Shown here: positions 1 through 13,245 of the stretch, piece by piece
Position numbering within the stretch: position 1 is the first letter of the stretch
Layout of the letters: the number at the start of each line of letters is the position of its first letter
Source: Balanoglossus misakiensis
Taxonomy: Eukaryota > Animalia > Hemichordata
Assembly: GCA_040954595.2 (NCBI GenBank)
Contig: CM082592.2
Coordinates: 1,798,001-1,862,000, forward strand
DNA: 64,000 nt
Reading direction: 5' to 3'
The notes under the pieces: generated by a model
Database searches by the model: none
Told to the model about the DNA's origin: nothing
Seen by the model: the letters and a program-made list of their open reading frames with translations, nothing else
Program-made: the position numbers and the translations under genes

Positions 1-146
1 GAAGTTGCCCGTCATCTGGAAATTTGAATTCGAATGTAACTGCCGCCTGAGCATGTCTGACGTCATTTGATATCAAAGAATTGTATTTTAACTGGGTTTT
101 TTTATTGTTGTTTTTTACTATCTGTTTGTGCCTGTTTGTTTGTTTC

Positions 147-2149
147 TGTTATTGCTGAGTTTTTCTTCTTTCTTCTTGAGTTGTTTTTTTTGCCAACGTT
201 TTTCTCATAAACCCTGCACCTGCGCTTATCAAACTTGGCACGGTGGTTGGTTCCCATGAGTGCTGGTGCACCTGCCCTTTGAATTTGTAATTAGTCACGT
301 GACTTGGTGGCTATAATCAAGCGAAATTTTCAAATTGACCTATTTTGCACGTTAATGGGGGCATGTACGTTTTTTCACGATTTTTGTAGACCATGTGGCC
401 AAAATCCCCTGTGCCAAATTTCAAGGTCCTAGGTCACGTCAATTTTGAGAAGATTTTTGTAATATTTTTTGTATTTTTGGTGGGCTGAGAATGAACACTG
501 GGGCATCTGAGTCTGACCGTCATTCGCTAATGTAGTGGAGGTCTCATTAGCAGGGTACTCACTTTTGGCGGGTTGCAGAAGTCCTTGGAAAATCGGCTGA
601 AATACGTAGACAGACCATTGATTATTTTCCACGGAATGAATTTTGGGACAACACATTGTCGGAGTTCGGGCTGTGTTAGGGCGTTTTATTGAATTACGCT
701 GAGTTTGTTAGCTGTTGCCATTCAAATGTGTCTGCGCAGACCTGGCTACACTGGTTAGCGTTGCGGCAGTGGACTTTGACCCTCAGTCGCTAATGTTGTG
801 GGAGGTTTCATTAGCATGATAGTCACATGTAGTGGATAGTAGTTCGGGAAATTGGCCGAAATACGTAAGCAGACCAGTGATTTTCTTGCACGAAGGGAGT
901 ATGGTACCAGCAATAATCAGAGATCAGGCTTTGTTGCCGTTCAAAAGTTCCTACTTCAGTCGTGACGTTGCAACTGGACGTTCAGTGTGGGGGTCGGCCC
1001 GCAGGTGGCCGTGGGGGTTACCAGGTCGCCCGTGATGGCACGCAGCTTCATGCAGCTGTATGGGACCAAAATAATACGCCCGATTCGAGGGTCACCTGTG
1101 ACTCCTGTGTAACTCAATAATTATGTGCATACGTAATTGTGGGGTCAATAAAAGCGATGCTAGCGTGGTATTTGCTGCACATGGATCGATATGAAGTCCG
1201 ATTTTCCCGTCAAGTTGTGGGCGACCTTGCTTAGTGAGCATCCACAGCAGATGCATGCAGCTTTTGCATGGGGGGCATATACGGATGGAACCATAATGAT
1301 ATACCAAAGACGGGGTCACCTGTTGCATCTGCCTAAGTCAATGATTTTGTATATTTAATTGGACACTAACCAACAGGGCGATAGGTGTGGTTTTTGTTCC
1401 ACAGGAACGAATGTAAGTGTCAGTTGGTTTTTTCCAAATGTATAAGGTGATTTGGATGACCTCTGTCGTACAGTGCCATATCTCAGCACGTTGTACAGGT
1501 GCAGCTTTGGTATTTGGAGGGATGAAACTATCATGAAATGCCAAATACAGGGGGATACCTGCGACACCTGCGTGATTCATGTATTACGTGCATACATAAT
1601 GGTAGGCAAAGTGAAAGGGCTGCAAATGTAGGATTTGTTGCACATGACATAAACAGAAATGAAAATTTTTTGTCAAATTTTTGGGTGACCTCAGGTGTCC
1701 ATTGACCTGCTTTCCATATGTTAGCATGCACAGCATATATAGCCAGGTGTTTGGAGGGGTAGGGTAGGACCGTCATGAAACGCTTAATTCCTCGGCCCAC
1801 CTGTAAGTTACTTGCGTAACTCATTATTATGGCCATACCTAATTTGACAAACCCAAAGGGCGAGGATTTTCCGTAGTCTTGAATATGAACCAAATAGGAA
1901 TCCTAATTTTTGGGTACCCTCAGCTGCCCTTTGAAGTACTTACTGAAGTACTTACATAACGTAGAAGTTCACTTTTGGTTGTTGTGTTTGTACTTGTAGG
2001 ATGTCCATTTCGGGTGGTTGCCTACTTCCCCCTATCTCCACATCCAGAGCAAATACAGCCTACGCATTTGAATGGTACAACCCTGAATGGAGTCTAACGG
2101 TTATTACCTCTATGCTTGGGCCCCTTCAATGCTGCTTGCAGCTTTAATT
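147..2149 (+). mobile_element. Non-autonomous Helentron/DINE-like element, copy A (5' end damaged)
   Basis: Co-linear with 3255-5153 over ~2 kb. Ends in gcttgggccccttcaatgctgcttgcagctttaatt (subterminal IR plus short 3' hairpin). No credible ORF. Confidence 0.6.
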
Positions 2150-3254
2150 GTTTTTTTTTGTATTTATTTTCTCGGAAAAAAAAATAATAAAAGAAACTGT
2201 CCCGAGCCAATGGATGGGTTATACCGGCAAAATTGCAGCAACATCCACCGGAATCACCAGTCGTATTGATTCACTGGAGGATCATCGCCATCCTTCTCGG
2301 CCGGTTGACAGAAGAACAACGGGTTGAGTTTCGACCAGTGACAGCCACAGTGATAGAGGTAGAAATCAGAGTAGATCCTGCATCCCAAGAAATGCCAGCT
2401 CTGGAGGGGCCCTCAGAGCCACCGACACTGGGTAAGAATACTCCTCTATCTACCATTGTAAGCCAGTCCGAATGAGGGACACAGTCTTAATTGATGAGAA
2501 TAAAGAGATTCATCCACAACCTATGAAGTGTAGTCCTTCCATAGCATGGAACGCATTAGTTGACGATAACTTGGTGGGCAACAGTCCATTCCTACAGGGG
2601 GGCGTGTAAATAATTAGTATATCTGACATGGACAATGGGGTTGGTGTGTCATGGGGAGATCAGGCAGAATTAGCTGAATTGATACAGGACTCAGGAGACC
2701 AGCAAACTGACCAACCTGTGGAACCAGTGAAATAGGTGTCAGTGCTGGATGGTCAACAGAACGACCAGTACTTAGAAGCAGTCGACTGCCACTTCCACCT
2801 TGACTGAATGATACATAAATTTCGTAGTCAAAACTGCCCAACCACGTCATGTGGCTAAGTGGTCCTAAGGCAAATTTTCCAGTAAATATCGTTGGGGGCG
2901 TTGAAGTCTATTGCGACCCAGGGTACTTTCAATCAAAATTACATCTGCCCGGTGATAACAAATTTCAGTTGGACTACACCCAAGGAAAGCCCCAAAAGCT
3001 GATGAAAAGGCATTTAGAGCCCTGAAAAAGTTTGCAGTGCCATCGCAAGTTTCAGCCCTGTGGGAGGTAGGCTTAGATCTTGTCTAGTACCTAGCTGAAT
3101 TTTGTCTGCTTTGCTTCCAAAACTAACGTCCCATGCCACTGGCCCAATAAAACCCCATACCCCTTGCTGGGAATTGTGATGTAACTAGCATCCCCTTGTA
3201 GTCACTCACATAAACTGAACAATGGTGATTGGGTGAAAGGTTAGGCAGGGCTAA

Positions 3255-5153
3255 TTAGGGGACCTAAGGCACTTGGTCCCCTTCTGTTATTGCTGGAGTT
3301 TGTCTTCTTTCTTCTTGAGTCGTTTTTTGCGCCCATTTTTCTCTGAAATTCCGGCAGGTGCGCCTTCCAAATTTGGCACGGTGGTTGGGGCCCATGAGTA
3401 CTGGTGCACCTGCCCTTTGAATTTGTGATTAGTCACGTGACTTTGTGGCTATAATCGAGCGAAATTTTCAAATTGACCTAATTTGCACGTTAATGGGGGC
3501 ATGTACATTCTTTTCGCGATTTTTGTAGACCATGTGCCCAAAATTCCCTGTGCCAAATTTAAAGGTCCTAGGCCACGTCGATTTTGAGAAGAAGATTTTT
3601 GTAATATTTTTTCGCATTTTTTGGTGGGCTGAGGACGGACACTGGGGCAACGGACTTAGACCGTCATTACGTAATGTTATGGAGATCTCATTAGCAGGCT
3701 ACTCATTTCTGGCGGGTTGCAGTAGTCCTTGGAAAATTGGCTGAAATATGTAAACAGACCAGTGATTATTTTCCACGGAATGAATTTTGGGACAACACAT
3801 TATCGGAGTTCAGGCTGTGTTAGGGCGTTTTATTGAATTACGCTGAGTTTGTTAGCTGTTGCCGTTCAAATGTGTCTACGCAGACCCGGCTACGCTGGTT
3901 AACATTCAATGTAATGCGGCAGCGGACTTTGACCCTCAGTCGCTAATGTGACCGAAATACGTCAGCAGACCAGTGATTTTCTTGCACGAAGGGAGTATGG
4001 TACCAGCAATAATCAGAGATCAGGCTTCGTTGCCCTTCAAAAGTTCCTACTTCAGTCGTGACGTTGCAACTGGACGTTCAGTGTGGGGGTCGGCCCGCAG
4101 GTGGCCGTGGGGGTTACCAGGTCGCCCGTGATGGCACGCAGCTTCATGCAGCTGTATGGGACCAAAATAATACGCCCGATTCGAGGGTCACCTGTGACTC
4201 CTGTGTAACTCAATAATTATGTGCATGCGTAATTGTGGGGTCAATAAAAGCGATGCTAGCATGGTATTTGTTGCACATGGATCAATATGAAGTCCGATTT
4301 TCCTGTCAAGTTATGGGCGACCTTATGTGACATTTCACCTACTTTTGCTTAGTGAGCATCCACAGCAGATGCATGCAGCATTGGCGTGGGGGGGGGGGGG
4401 GCATATACAGAAGGAACCATAATGATATACCAAAGGCGGGGTCACCTGTTGCACCTGCCTAAGTAATTGATTTTGTACATTTAATTGGACACTAACCAAC
4501 AGGGCAATAGGTGTGGTTTTTGTTCCACAGGGACGAATGTAAGTGTCAGTTTGTTTTTGCCCAAATGTATAAGTTGATTTGGATGACCTCTGTCGTACAG
4601 TGCCATATCTCAGCCCGTTGTACAGGTGCAGCTTTGGTATTTGGAGGGATGAAACTATCATGAAATGCCAAATACAGGGGGATACCTGCGACACCTGCGT
4701 GATTCATGTATTACGTGCATACCTATTGGTAGGCAAAGTGTAAGGGCTGCAAATGTAGGATTTGTTGCACATGACATAAACAGGAATGAACATTTTTTGT
4801 CAATTTTTTTGGTGACCTCAGGTGTCCATTGACCTGCTTTCCATATGTTAGCACGCACATCATATATAGCCAGGTATGAACCAAATAAGAATCCTTATTT
4901 TTGGCCCAATTTTTGGGTACCCTCTGCTGACCTTTGAAGTATACTTTACTGAAGTACTTACAAAGTAGAAGTTCACCTTTGGTTGTTGTGTTTGTACTTG
5001 TAAGACATCCATTTCGGCTGGTTGCCTACTTCCCCATATCTCCACATCCAGAGCAAATACAGCCTACGCATTTGAATGGTACAACCCTGAATGGAGTCTA
5101 ATGGTTATTAACTCTATGCTTGGGCCCCTTCAATGCTGCTTGCAGCTTTAATT
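3255..5153 (+). mobile_element. Non-autonomous Helentron/DINE-like element, copy B (complete ends)
   Basis: Starts ttaggggacctaaggcacttggtcccct (5' hairpin/subTIR) and ends gcttgggcccct...gctgcttgcagc. The same 5' motif recurs at ~20,270-20,310 (-) and ~53,690 (+). Confidence 0.6.
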
Positions 5154-5585
5154 TGAATTTAAAATGTTACCCATCCTTAATTACACATATGTATATCGTT
5201 TGTCCAATCATTCGGAAAACAAAGTATCTGATTGCCTACAGACTACAGTAAATGGACATTTTGAAGAGATTGACTTTGAAGATATTCCCAACGACGAGGT
5301 TGAGTGGATCATGGTGAACGACAGCAGCGATGAGGACGACGCCAACGACGTTGCACTCGGTTGGTCGAGTGACATTTGTTTACCGGAAGATTTTGTCGTA
5401 CCGCCGTTTACAGGTAACCCGGGCCTGAATGTAGAAGTCCCAGTTAATGCTACACCTCTTGATTTCCTTTGGCTTTTTATTTCTGATGATGGCATTGACT
5501 GTTTCCCGCCATGTCCATCGCGATGCCGCTTGTCCACAAGCCCACAGGTGCTTGTATAGATGCTATTTCAGTTTTTTAGTAATTG

Positions 5586-7043
5586 ACAAGTGACCTGTCA
5601 AAAGAGCTCTGCTGACTCTAACAGTGTAACCTGGGCAATGATATCAATACACGAGGTTTTAATTCATAACAATTGTATTCGATTGAACAAAACCAAACAC
5701 AGACATCACAAGTATTTATCCAAATTCAGCTTGATTCATTGTGCTAAAGAAAGAAAGAATTGAATCCTAAAAAACAACATCAAAAGGAAGCACCAAGGTT
5801 CTAATTTGCATAGTCATGACCCCATCAAAATTCCAATTAACAAAATCAGGTAGGGGCACCATAACACACATTCCTACCAAATTTCAGCTCCATCGTACAT
5901 GTAGTTATGGAGAAGACGATTTTTAACCAAAAATTCTATTTTAAGATCTAATTTGCATATTCACGACCCGATCAAATCCAAATTAACAAAATCAGGTAGG
6001 GACACCATAACACACATTCCTACCAAATTTCAGCTGCATCGTACATGTAGTTAGGGAAAAGAAGTTTTTTGACCAAAAATTATATTTTTAGATCAAATTT
6101 GCATATTCATGACCCTATCAAATCCAAATTAACAAAATCAGGTAGGGGCACCATAGCACACATTCCTACCAAATTTCAGCTCCATCCTACATGTAGTTAT
6201 GGAGAAGAAGATTTTTGACCAAAAATTCTTTTTTTAGATCTAATTTGCATATTCATGACCCCATCAAATCCAAATTAACAAAATCAGGTATGGGCACCAT
6301 AACACACATTCCTACCAAATTTCAACTCCATCGTACGTGTAGTTATGGAGAAGAAGTTTTTTGACCAAAAATTATATTTTTAGATCCAATTTGCATATTC
6401 ATGACCCGATCATATCCAAATTAACAAAATCAGGTAGGGGCACCATAGCACACATTCCTACCAAATTTCAGCTCCATCCTACATGTAGTTATGGAGAAGA
6501 AGATTTTTGACCAAAAATTCTTTTTTTAGATCTAATTTGCATATTCATTACCCCATCAAATCCAAATTAACAAAATCAGGTATGGGCACCATAACGCATA
6601 TTCCTACCAAATTTCAGCTCCATCGTACGTGTAGTTATGGAGAAGAAGTTTTTTGACCAAAAATTATATTTTTAGATCCAATTTGCATATTCATGACCCG
6701 ATCATATCCAAATTAACAAAATCAGGTAGGGGCACCATAACACACATTCCTACCAAATTTCAACTCCATCGTACATGTAGTTACGGAGTAGAAGATTTTT
6801 GACCAAAAATTCTTATAGATCTCATTTGCATATTCATGACCCCATCAAATCCGAATTAACAAAATCAGGTAAGGGCACCATAACACACATTCCAACCAAA
6901 TTTCAGCTAAATATGCGAAGTTGTTTTAAAGAAGAAATACCAAAAGTTGACGGACGTTGGACGACAGACAGACATACGACGGATGCACACTTATCAACCT
7001 ACTGCTACAGCTCAGCTGACACAAGTGACAGCAGAGCTAAAAA
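5586..7043 (-). mobile_element. Helentron-associated (HINE-like) element carrying a satellite array, inserted in the piggyBac gene
   Basis: On the minus strand it starts tttttagctctgctg with a hairpin and (GTCT)-like tract, and ends ...cttgt. Subterminal IR agctctgctg (~5605) / cagcagagct (~7030). Confidence 0.7.
5801..6935. repeat. ~146-bp tandem satellite, ~7.7 units
   Basis: Anchor c(t/c/a)aatttgca recurs at 5801, 5948, 6094, 6240, 6386, 6532 and 6678, with a variant at 6821. Confidence 0.95.
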
Positions 7044-10000
7044 GTGGCTAAAAACGATAAATCAGTAGCTTAGACGATCTCCTGATTTTGCATCAAACGA
7101 GCGCTCCCGTAGGTCCCCAACAACATCATAGTTTAGACGAAGGGATGATGCCGTGGAGGCCGTTTCTGCCTGAAGGCCTATCAAATCAACGAGTCATCGA
7201 GCGGCTACACTTGAACCATGTTTGATGTTTACACCGGTGGCGACTACGATCCCAATAGAGACGGCGATGACGACGATGTTTTGAAAGGCCACACGTACAA
7301 TGTGGTTATGGGTTTTTGAACCAAGGCCACCAGGTTTACATGGATAATTACTATAACAGCCCCAATCTTGCAGAAACTCTAAAAGGCGAGGATACCATTG
7401 TAGTAGGTACCGTAAGGGCCAATCGATCTGAAATGCCGGCTGCCATGAAACAACCTGTGAACAAGGATAAGGCTGTCTTCAGGTGCAGAGATGGTGTACG
7501 TGGCAGTAACCAAGTGGCATGATAAACGTGATGTTATGATCAGTACAGCTGATAGACCTATAAGTGGCGTCTCAGTATGTCCAAAACTGGTGATTTGGTA
7601 ACCAAGCCTTCCAGTGTGGTCGACTACAATAAACACATGGGTGGCACTGACCAGGCTGACCAAATGGTTAGATCATACTCCATGCACAGACGTCGATCTA
7701 AGTGGTATGTAAAGCTGTTCTTCCATTTTCTAGCATTGGCCATCACAAATGCATACATACTGTACAGAAAGTATGGTGAAGGTAGGAAGATGAAGCATTC
7801 AAAGTTTCGGCTGGAAATCATCCGGACATTGGTGTCAACAGCCGCAGATGCTCCTATGCCAGCCCCCAAGGGACGACGATCTGTTGGTCAACCACTGAGG
7901 CGTCTTGATGAACGACATTTTCCATCACCAATACCACCCACACCTGGCTGTAGAAAGCAACGGCCTCTTGGCACTAGCCCTCTTCGACAGTGTGTAGTTC
8001 ACTGAGAGTACTACAGAAAACATCAAGATGGAAATCGTCCACCTGAAACCCGTCTGTGGTGTAGGAAATGTAAGATTGCCTTGTGTGTCCACCCATGTTT
8101 TCAGGTGTACCATTCTCGTCAGCACTATGGAGATGTGAACCCACAAGATGTGTAACTGTCCTTGTGCGTGTTTGTAAGCTGTCATCCAGGCATTTGTGTC
8201 AACAGTTGCAGGAAAATCAGCAGAAAGAAACTTGCAGTAGGACTTACCTGTTTAGTATTTTCAATTACCATGGTCAGATTTTGATGCTTGTGGTCCAGTT
8301 TGTTATTCAAGTATTGCAGTTTTATTGTAAGAAATCTTTATATTTATTCATATAAGTTTCTACATATTACATAAAAAATTCCTAGCTACATAATCACTTT
8401 CTGTAAATTTGCAGTTTTTGACCGAAAATCACATTTTTACCCAAAATTTTAGTAATTTATACTAATACTGACAGTATAGATTTCCAAATAAAGAAAATTT
8501 TACATTTTTCATGAAATACTGATACATAATTTTCATAATTTTCACACTTTACTTCATCCAAATTCATCATTTGCAAAGAAATCTTTATTTTTATTCATAT
8601 AAGTTTCTACATATTACATAAAAAAAATCCATGCTACACAATCCCTTTTACAGCTAAACATGTCGAGTATGGAATCAATATTATTTATAGCTAAATATGT
8701 GAAAGAATATTTGGAGACACTTATGATGAATGTGTTGTCATAGCAACAATAGAACTCCCAAATTTTTACCAACAACGTCAATCTTTAAGTGCAGCTTACC
8801 CATATTATGCAATAATTACCATGTCTTTGTTATCGCTTTAGTTTGTATGAATGACCAATTTGCAAGATTTCTGTAAATTTGCGGTTCTTGACCGAAAATC
8901 ACATTTTTACCCCACATTTTAGTAATTTATTCTAATACTGACAGTATAGATTTCCAAATAAAGAAAATTTTACATTTTTCATGAAATACTGATACATAAT
9001 TTTCATAATTTTCACACATTACTTCATCCAAATTCATCATTTGCAGAGTCAAAGTGTTCTGCTTGTAATGGGAAATTCTGTAGTATATTTGTATGTAAAT
9101 GATATTTAAATTACTTATCTAATATTCCATATGCCAAAAATATGCAAATTAGCTGGGAAAATGTGAAATTGTTCAAAACTAAAAAACTCAACAACCACTG
9201 GTCATACTGATTTGAAAATTGGTATGCATGTACCTTATGTCAACCTCATACAGGCCTGTGTGTGTTGAGCTAATATTATCCATTTCCTATTTTTTATGCA
9301 TTTTTTTGTATTTTTCAATGTTATTGGTAAAAAGTCTTCATTTCTGAAAGTGATGGGCTTACTTCTTTGAAATTTAGTATGAAGCTTCCTAATGGTTGAC
9401 TGAGTAACCATTGTTTTGTTCAAATTGTTGCAAAATTTGCATATTTATAATTTTGAGCAATATTTGCCATTTTTGGTCATTTTTTTTTTCTTTAAAACCG
9501 CATGCCAGATTGCTTTGCAATTTGGTAGGCATGTTCATAGGGGTAGCCTAAGTAATATGTTGTAAAAAATGTGATATTTGCATAAATGTGTTATCGCTGA
9601 AACTTTTGCATTTTTTGTCAACAATTGTTTTCTCTGAAATATGAAAATATGACTATATGACATTATTAGCATCATATTAAATAGATCATAATTTCAGGAT
9701 CATAAAAATATGGGGTTTGTTGTATTTCTTCCAGAAATAAAAATTTCCCAAAGCTTCATAAGTTAAATGAACAAATTGTTTGCCTGCTTTGAAAATATGC
9801 AGTGGCTAGGTAAACATAGCTATAGGGAATACAGCCCATTTAGGGCTAGACAAGGGAAGAAAGCCGTCTGGCCGTGATTTCGCTGGATAGCGAAATCACG
9901 GCCTGTCGCAGGTGATTTTTCAAATGTACCCCATATATAGTTTTCAGTTGTTTTTATCGTGCTGTTGACGATCAACAGTGTTGAAATTACCAACCACGAA

Positions 10001-10896
10001 GTCTACATTTGGAAGAATATGTTTACATTAGTGCACGAAGCTGTTGTAGCTTGGGAACCCTGTTCTAAGATGTTCATTATAATTGCTAATGAGAAAACAA
10101 CACCTAGTTAATCCGATGAATGACAACTGCAAAAAGGTGTGCCTAAGCTGTGGAATAAACAAGTGGCATATTGCTCCATACTCGATCAGCTGGTTACCCA
10201 TAGTGACAAAGACGCTTATTAATGCAAGCACATGCCCACCTAAATATATGAATATTTATGTACAACGAGCGTCTCGAGGTACATGCGTACGCTTATAAAT
10301 ACCAAGTGAAGTGGCCTTCTTCACTTGTCTAGTAAGGCATGGAGGTCAGGCGGTAGGCAGAGTTCACCAAAAGCATTTTATCAAGCATAATTATACTGTG
10401 CCATTGTTTATACTGTGTGCAAGCAGAGAAGCCTCAGGGACCGAGCCTCAGCACCACACAAACTTCTGGTTAGAACCGTTTCGGTGAGAAAAAGACAGAA
10501 GAGTTGCCAGACAACAAAATTATCAGTTTCCAGTTTGATTTGGAATCTCTCCCAGTGGTGCATTAACTTTCATCTCAGATGCATATGTATATGGGGTGAG
10601 ATCCCCGCCAAAACTAAAATAATTCGATTAATGCTTTTTGTTATTTAGTATTATTGACCATTTTTATAATTATTTGCTAAACATTTTATATTCGCATAGA
10701 TAGGTGCTGATTATTAGCAATTATGTGCTCAATTAAAAGCAGGTAAACGATTTGGCACTGGATTTTTCAAAGCTTTATAATTAGGTGCCGAATTATTAGT
10801 AGGTAAAATATTTGATGCTGAATTATTAGTAGCTTTATGATTAGGTGCTGAATTATTTGTACGTGAAAAAATTTGCTGCTGTGTCTTTCATTATAG

Positions 10897-13245
10897 ATTC
10901 AGACATGTCAAAGTGATGACCAACTCAGAGCTGCTTTGGAGAAGATTGGAGAGAGTAATGTTGCCAGTATAACAGGATTCACTGACCCAATATCGTCGAT
11001 CAGCATGTTCGATAAGGATGCTTTGCTACAGAACTTCAATGCACATCACTGCGTGTACAAGGCTGTTGCAGAAATCAAACAGTTTATTGATGGGATGAAT
11101 GAACCTTTGAAACTGGGAAAACTAATCCTGAGAGAACCAGGTAAAAATTTTGAAACTATACCCACAAATTTTCAGTATTGTAGTCTTATGATTTTATAAT
11201 GAGTAGCTCCACCGTCAGCAGCGCCAAACTTGTCAGATAGGCTGGTTGTTCCACCGTCGTTTGTCTGTCATCTGTCAACAATTGGCTTTTGTGCAACTAC
11301 TGGTCTGAACGTTTATAGTATTATTATGCAATTCACCCGGGGTGATCGCAGTTGGATTTGTTCAAATTATAGGGCAATTTGCATAATTGTATTTTTGGGG
11401 CAATTTCCTCAGTTTTTGGTCAAAAATCATTTTCTTTGAAATTTGGCAAACAGGTTCCACTCCTATAGATGATTTTAGTAAGTCATGATGAAATTGTGCT
11501 GATATATGCAACACTATTTTTCGGCAATTTTCACCACATTTGGTAAATAAAACTTCAAAAATCTTCATTTTAGATATCTGATATGCAGGATTCTAAAAAT
11601 TGTGTATATTAGTATTTTTGCAATCCCTCCACAATCCCCACCTACCCACCATTTTTCTGCTTTCCCACTCGTTTCAGGTTTGTTGCCCCCAACAAAAACC
11701 CAGTTTCTACTTTGTGGATCAAGTTATGTTTGGCTCTGTGGCCTGACTGGTAGGCTTTAACCTGCCCATCTTAATAGTTAGATACATGTAGCTACGTTGT
11801 GTTTGCAGCAAAATAATATATATAATTGCTGTTCATTTTTCAGGTTCAATGGAACATTTTCTGTGTCATAGTGCCAACCTACAACCATCAACACAATATT
11901 TCAAGCAGCTTGATGTGAACTTCAGTCCTAGAGGATCAAATGACCGAACTCTCGAGGAAAGCACAATTTACTATTGGTACGAGTTTCTAGATGAATGTGA
12001 AAAGGGTGAGTTCAATTTGGAACACAATTCAAATCTGTCATCACAATAAAATATGCTCATGTTACTTTGAAGTACTAATTCATCACTACCTGATCCAAGT
12101 ATTCAATCAGATGTATAAAATACAAAAATGTACGTCTACTTCAATCCTGAATGGTGATGACACGTGGAGGATGCATTCTCCATGGTATGCTTGAATTTTC
12201 AGAGCCCTCTGAAACATTCAACATATATTATTACCTATGATGTCACATTATCTTGCAGAGGAGGTGTTTTTTGTCATATGTAATAGTTTTCTGTCAATCT
12301 TCAATAGGGTACAAAGTATAATCCAGCTGTTTATGAGGTATCACATGTACCAGTCAACCAAACAACCATTAAAGCCTTGTGAGCTGCAACTCAATAAGGG
12401 AATTTGTCTTTTTAAGTAGAACATACCTTGGATTCTAAAGTAAGACTAATAGAGACAATTATAATATACCTCATGCTAATACTGTGCCGTGATTCGCCAG
12501 AATCCGTCACGTGATAGGAAAATAGAATCGACTATGAACCGCTAGGGAAATAGCAGAAAAAATATAAACCGGTCACGTGACTAACGTGGTCACGTCAATC
12601 AGCATCGCGTCGTCTGACACAATGGCCACCGTTGAAGATGTCGTCTGCCAGCCTCAAGAGAAATTTGCAAGGTTTTCCCAGCTGTTAGCATGAGGTTTAT
12701 TATAAAACACCTATAGCCTGGCCTATATTCGGGCCATAGCAGCCGTTTTTACTCCCTCGTGCCTGTGAGTTACCAGAATCATATGCTATTTCCCGAGGCC
12801 TGTGGCCTCGGGAAATAGCATATTATTCTGGTAACTCACAGCCCCTCGGGTGTAATAAACGGCCGCTATGGCCCTCATGGCCAGGCAATAAGTGTTCAAT
12901 ATGACACACACAACTGATGTAATTGTATTTTTAACAAGAATAAAAATGTCTGTACCTTTCACAGGGCATGGGAAATCAAGTATTGCCAATGAGGACAAGA
13001 ATGAATCAACTGAAGTTGTAGTTTCACTTGGTGATTTGTTGTCATTCTTCACTGACACAGATTCACTTCCACCTTTAGGTTTAACCCCTAAAGCTTCTGT
13101 GGCCTTATTCTAGCACTGTGCCTAGGCTAGGGCCAACATGTGTGCCAATATCTTGTATCTCCCCAAAAATGCAACTAGTGAAGAGGGTTTTACAGAGAGA
13201 ATCACCTTTGCGCTGACAAATTCGTTGGACTCTGGTAATGTGTAA
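10897..13245 (+). pseudogene. G2E3-like HECT E3 ligase C-terminal exons (~10897-11140, 11844-12005, 12965-13245), degenerate
   Basis: AEIKQFIDGM; VNFSPRGSNDRTLEESTIYYWYEFLDECE; LLSFFTDTDSLPPLG..ANMCANILYLP (catalytic Cys region). AG/GT boundaries. In-frame stops in the last exon. Confidence 0.75.
12461..12902 (+). mobile_element. Non-autonomous IR-IR-hairpin (Crypton-like) element, family 2
   Basis: 19-bp IR ataatatacctcatgctaa (12461-12479) / ttagcatgaggtttattat (12685-12703), then a ~190-nt imperfect palindrome centred on ttcccgaggcc-tgt-ggcctcgggaa. Confidence 0.75.

Larger units (their letters stand above)
5164..8160 (+). pseudogene. Decayed piggyBac (PGBD4-like) transposase, frameshifted and interrupted
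   Basis: Acidic N-terminus with FTGNPGL..TPLDF; SLDEGM (~7130); VYMDNYYNS..VGTVRANR (7316-7522); DYNKHMGGTDQADQ..KWYVKLFFHFL..AITNAYILY (7577-8005); C-terminal Cys cluster CRKCKIALCVHPCFQVYH (~8055-8113). Pieces lie in different frames. Confidence 0.9.

Noticed and set aside
429-5045. Numerous 60-120 aa ORFs in the first 5 kb and other short mirrored ORFs
   Set aside because: They lie in non-coding repeats, are not preserved between diverged copies and show no domain motifs.
5801-6935. Possible CRISPR array (also 62,585-63,733)
   Set aside because: Whole units repeat with no unique spacers; eukaryotic context and no cas genes.
9871-9902. Hairpin gccgtgatttcgct-ggat-agcgaaatcacggc as a terminator or YR-type end
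   Set aside because: Short perfect stem without GA loops or a partner IR; probably a subterminal feature of a neighbouring repeat.
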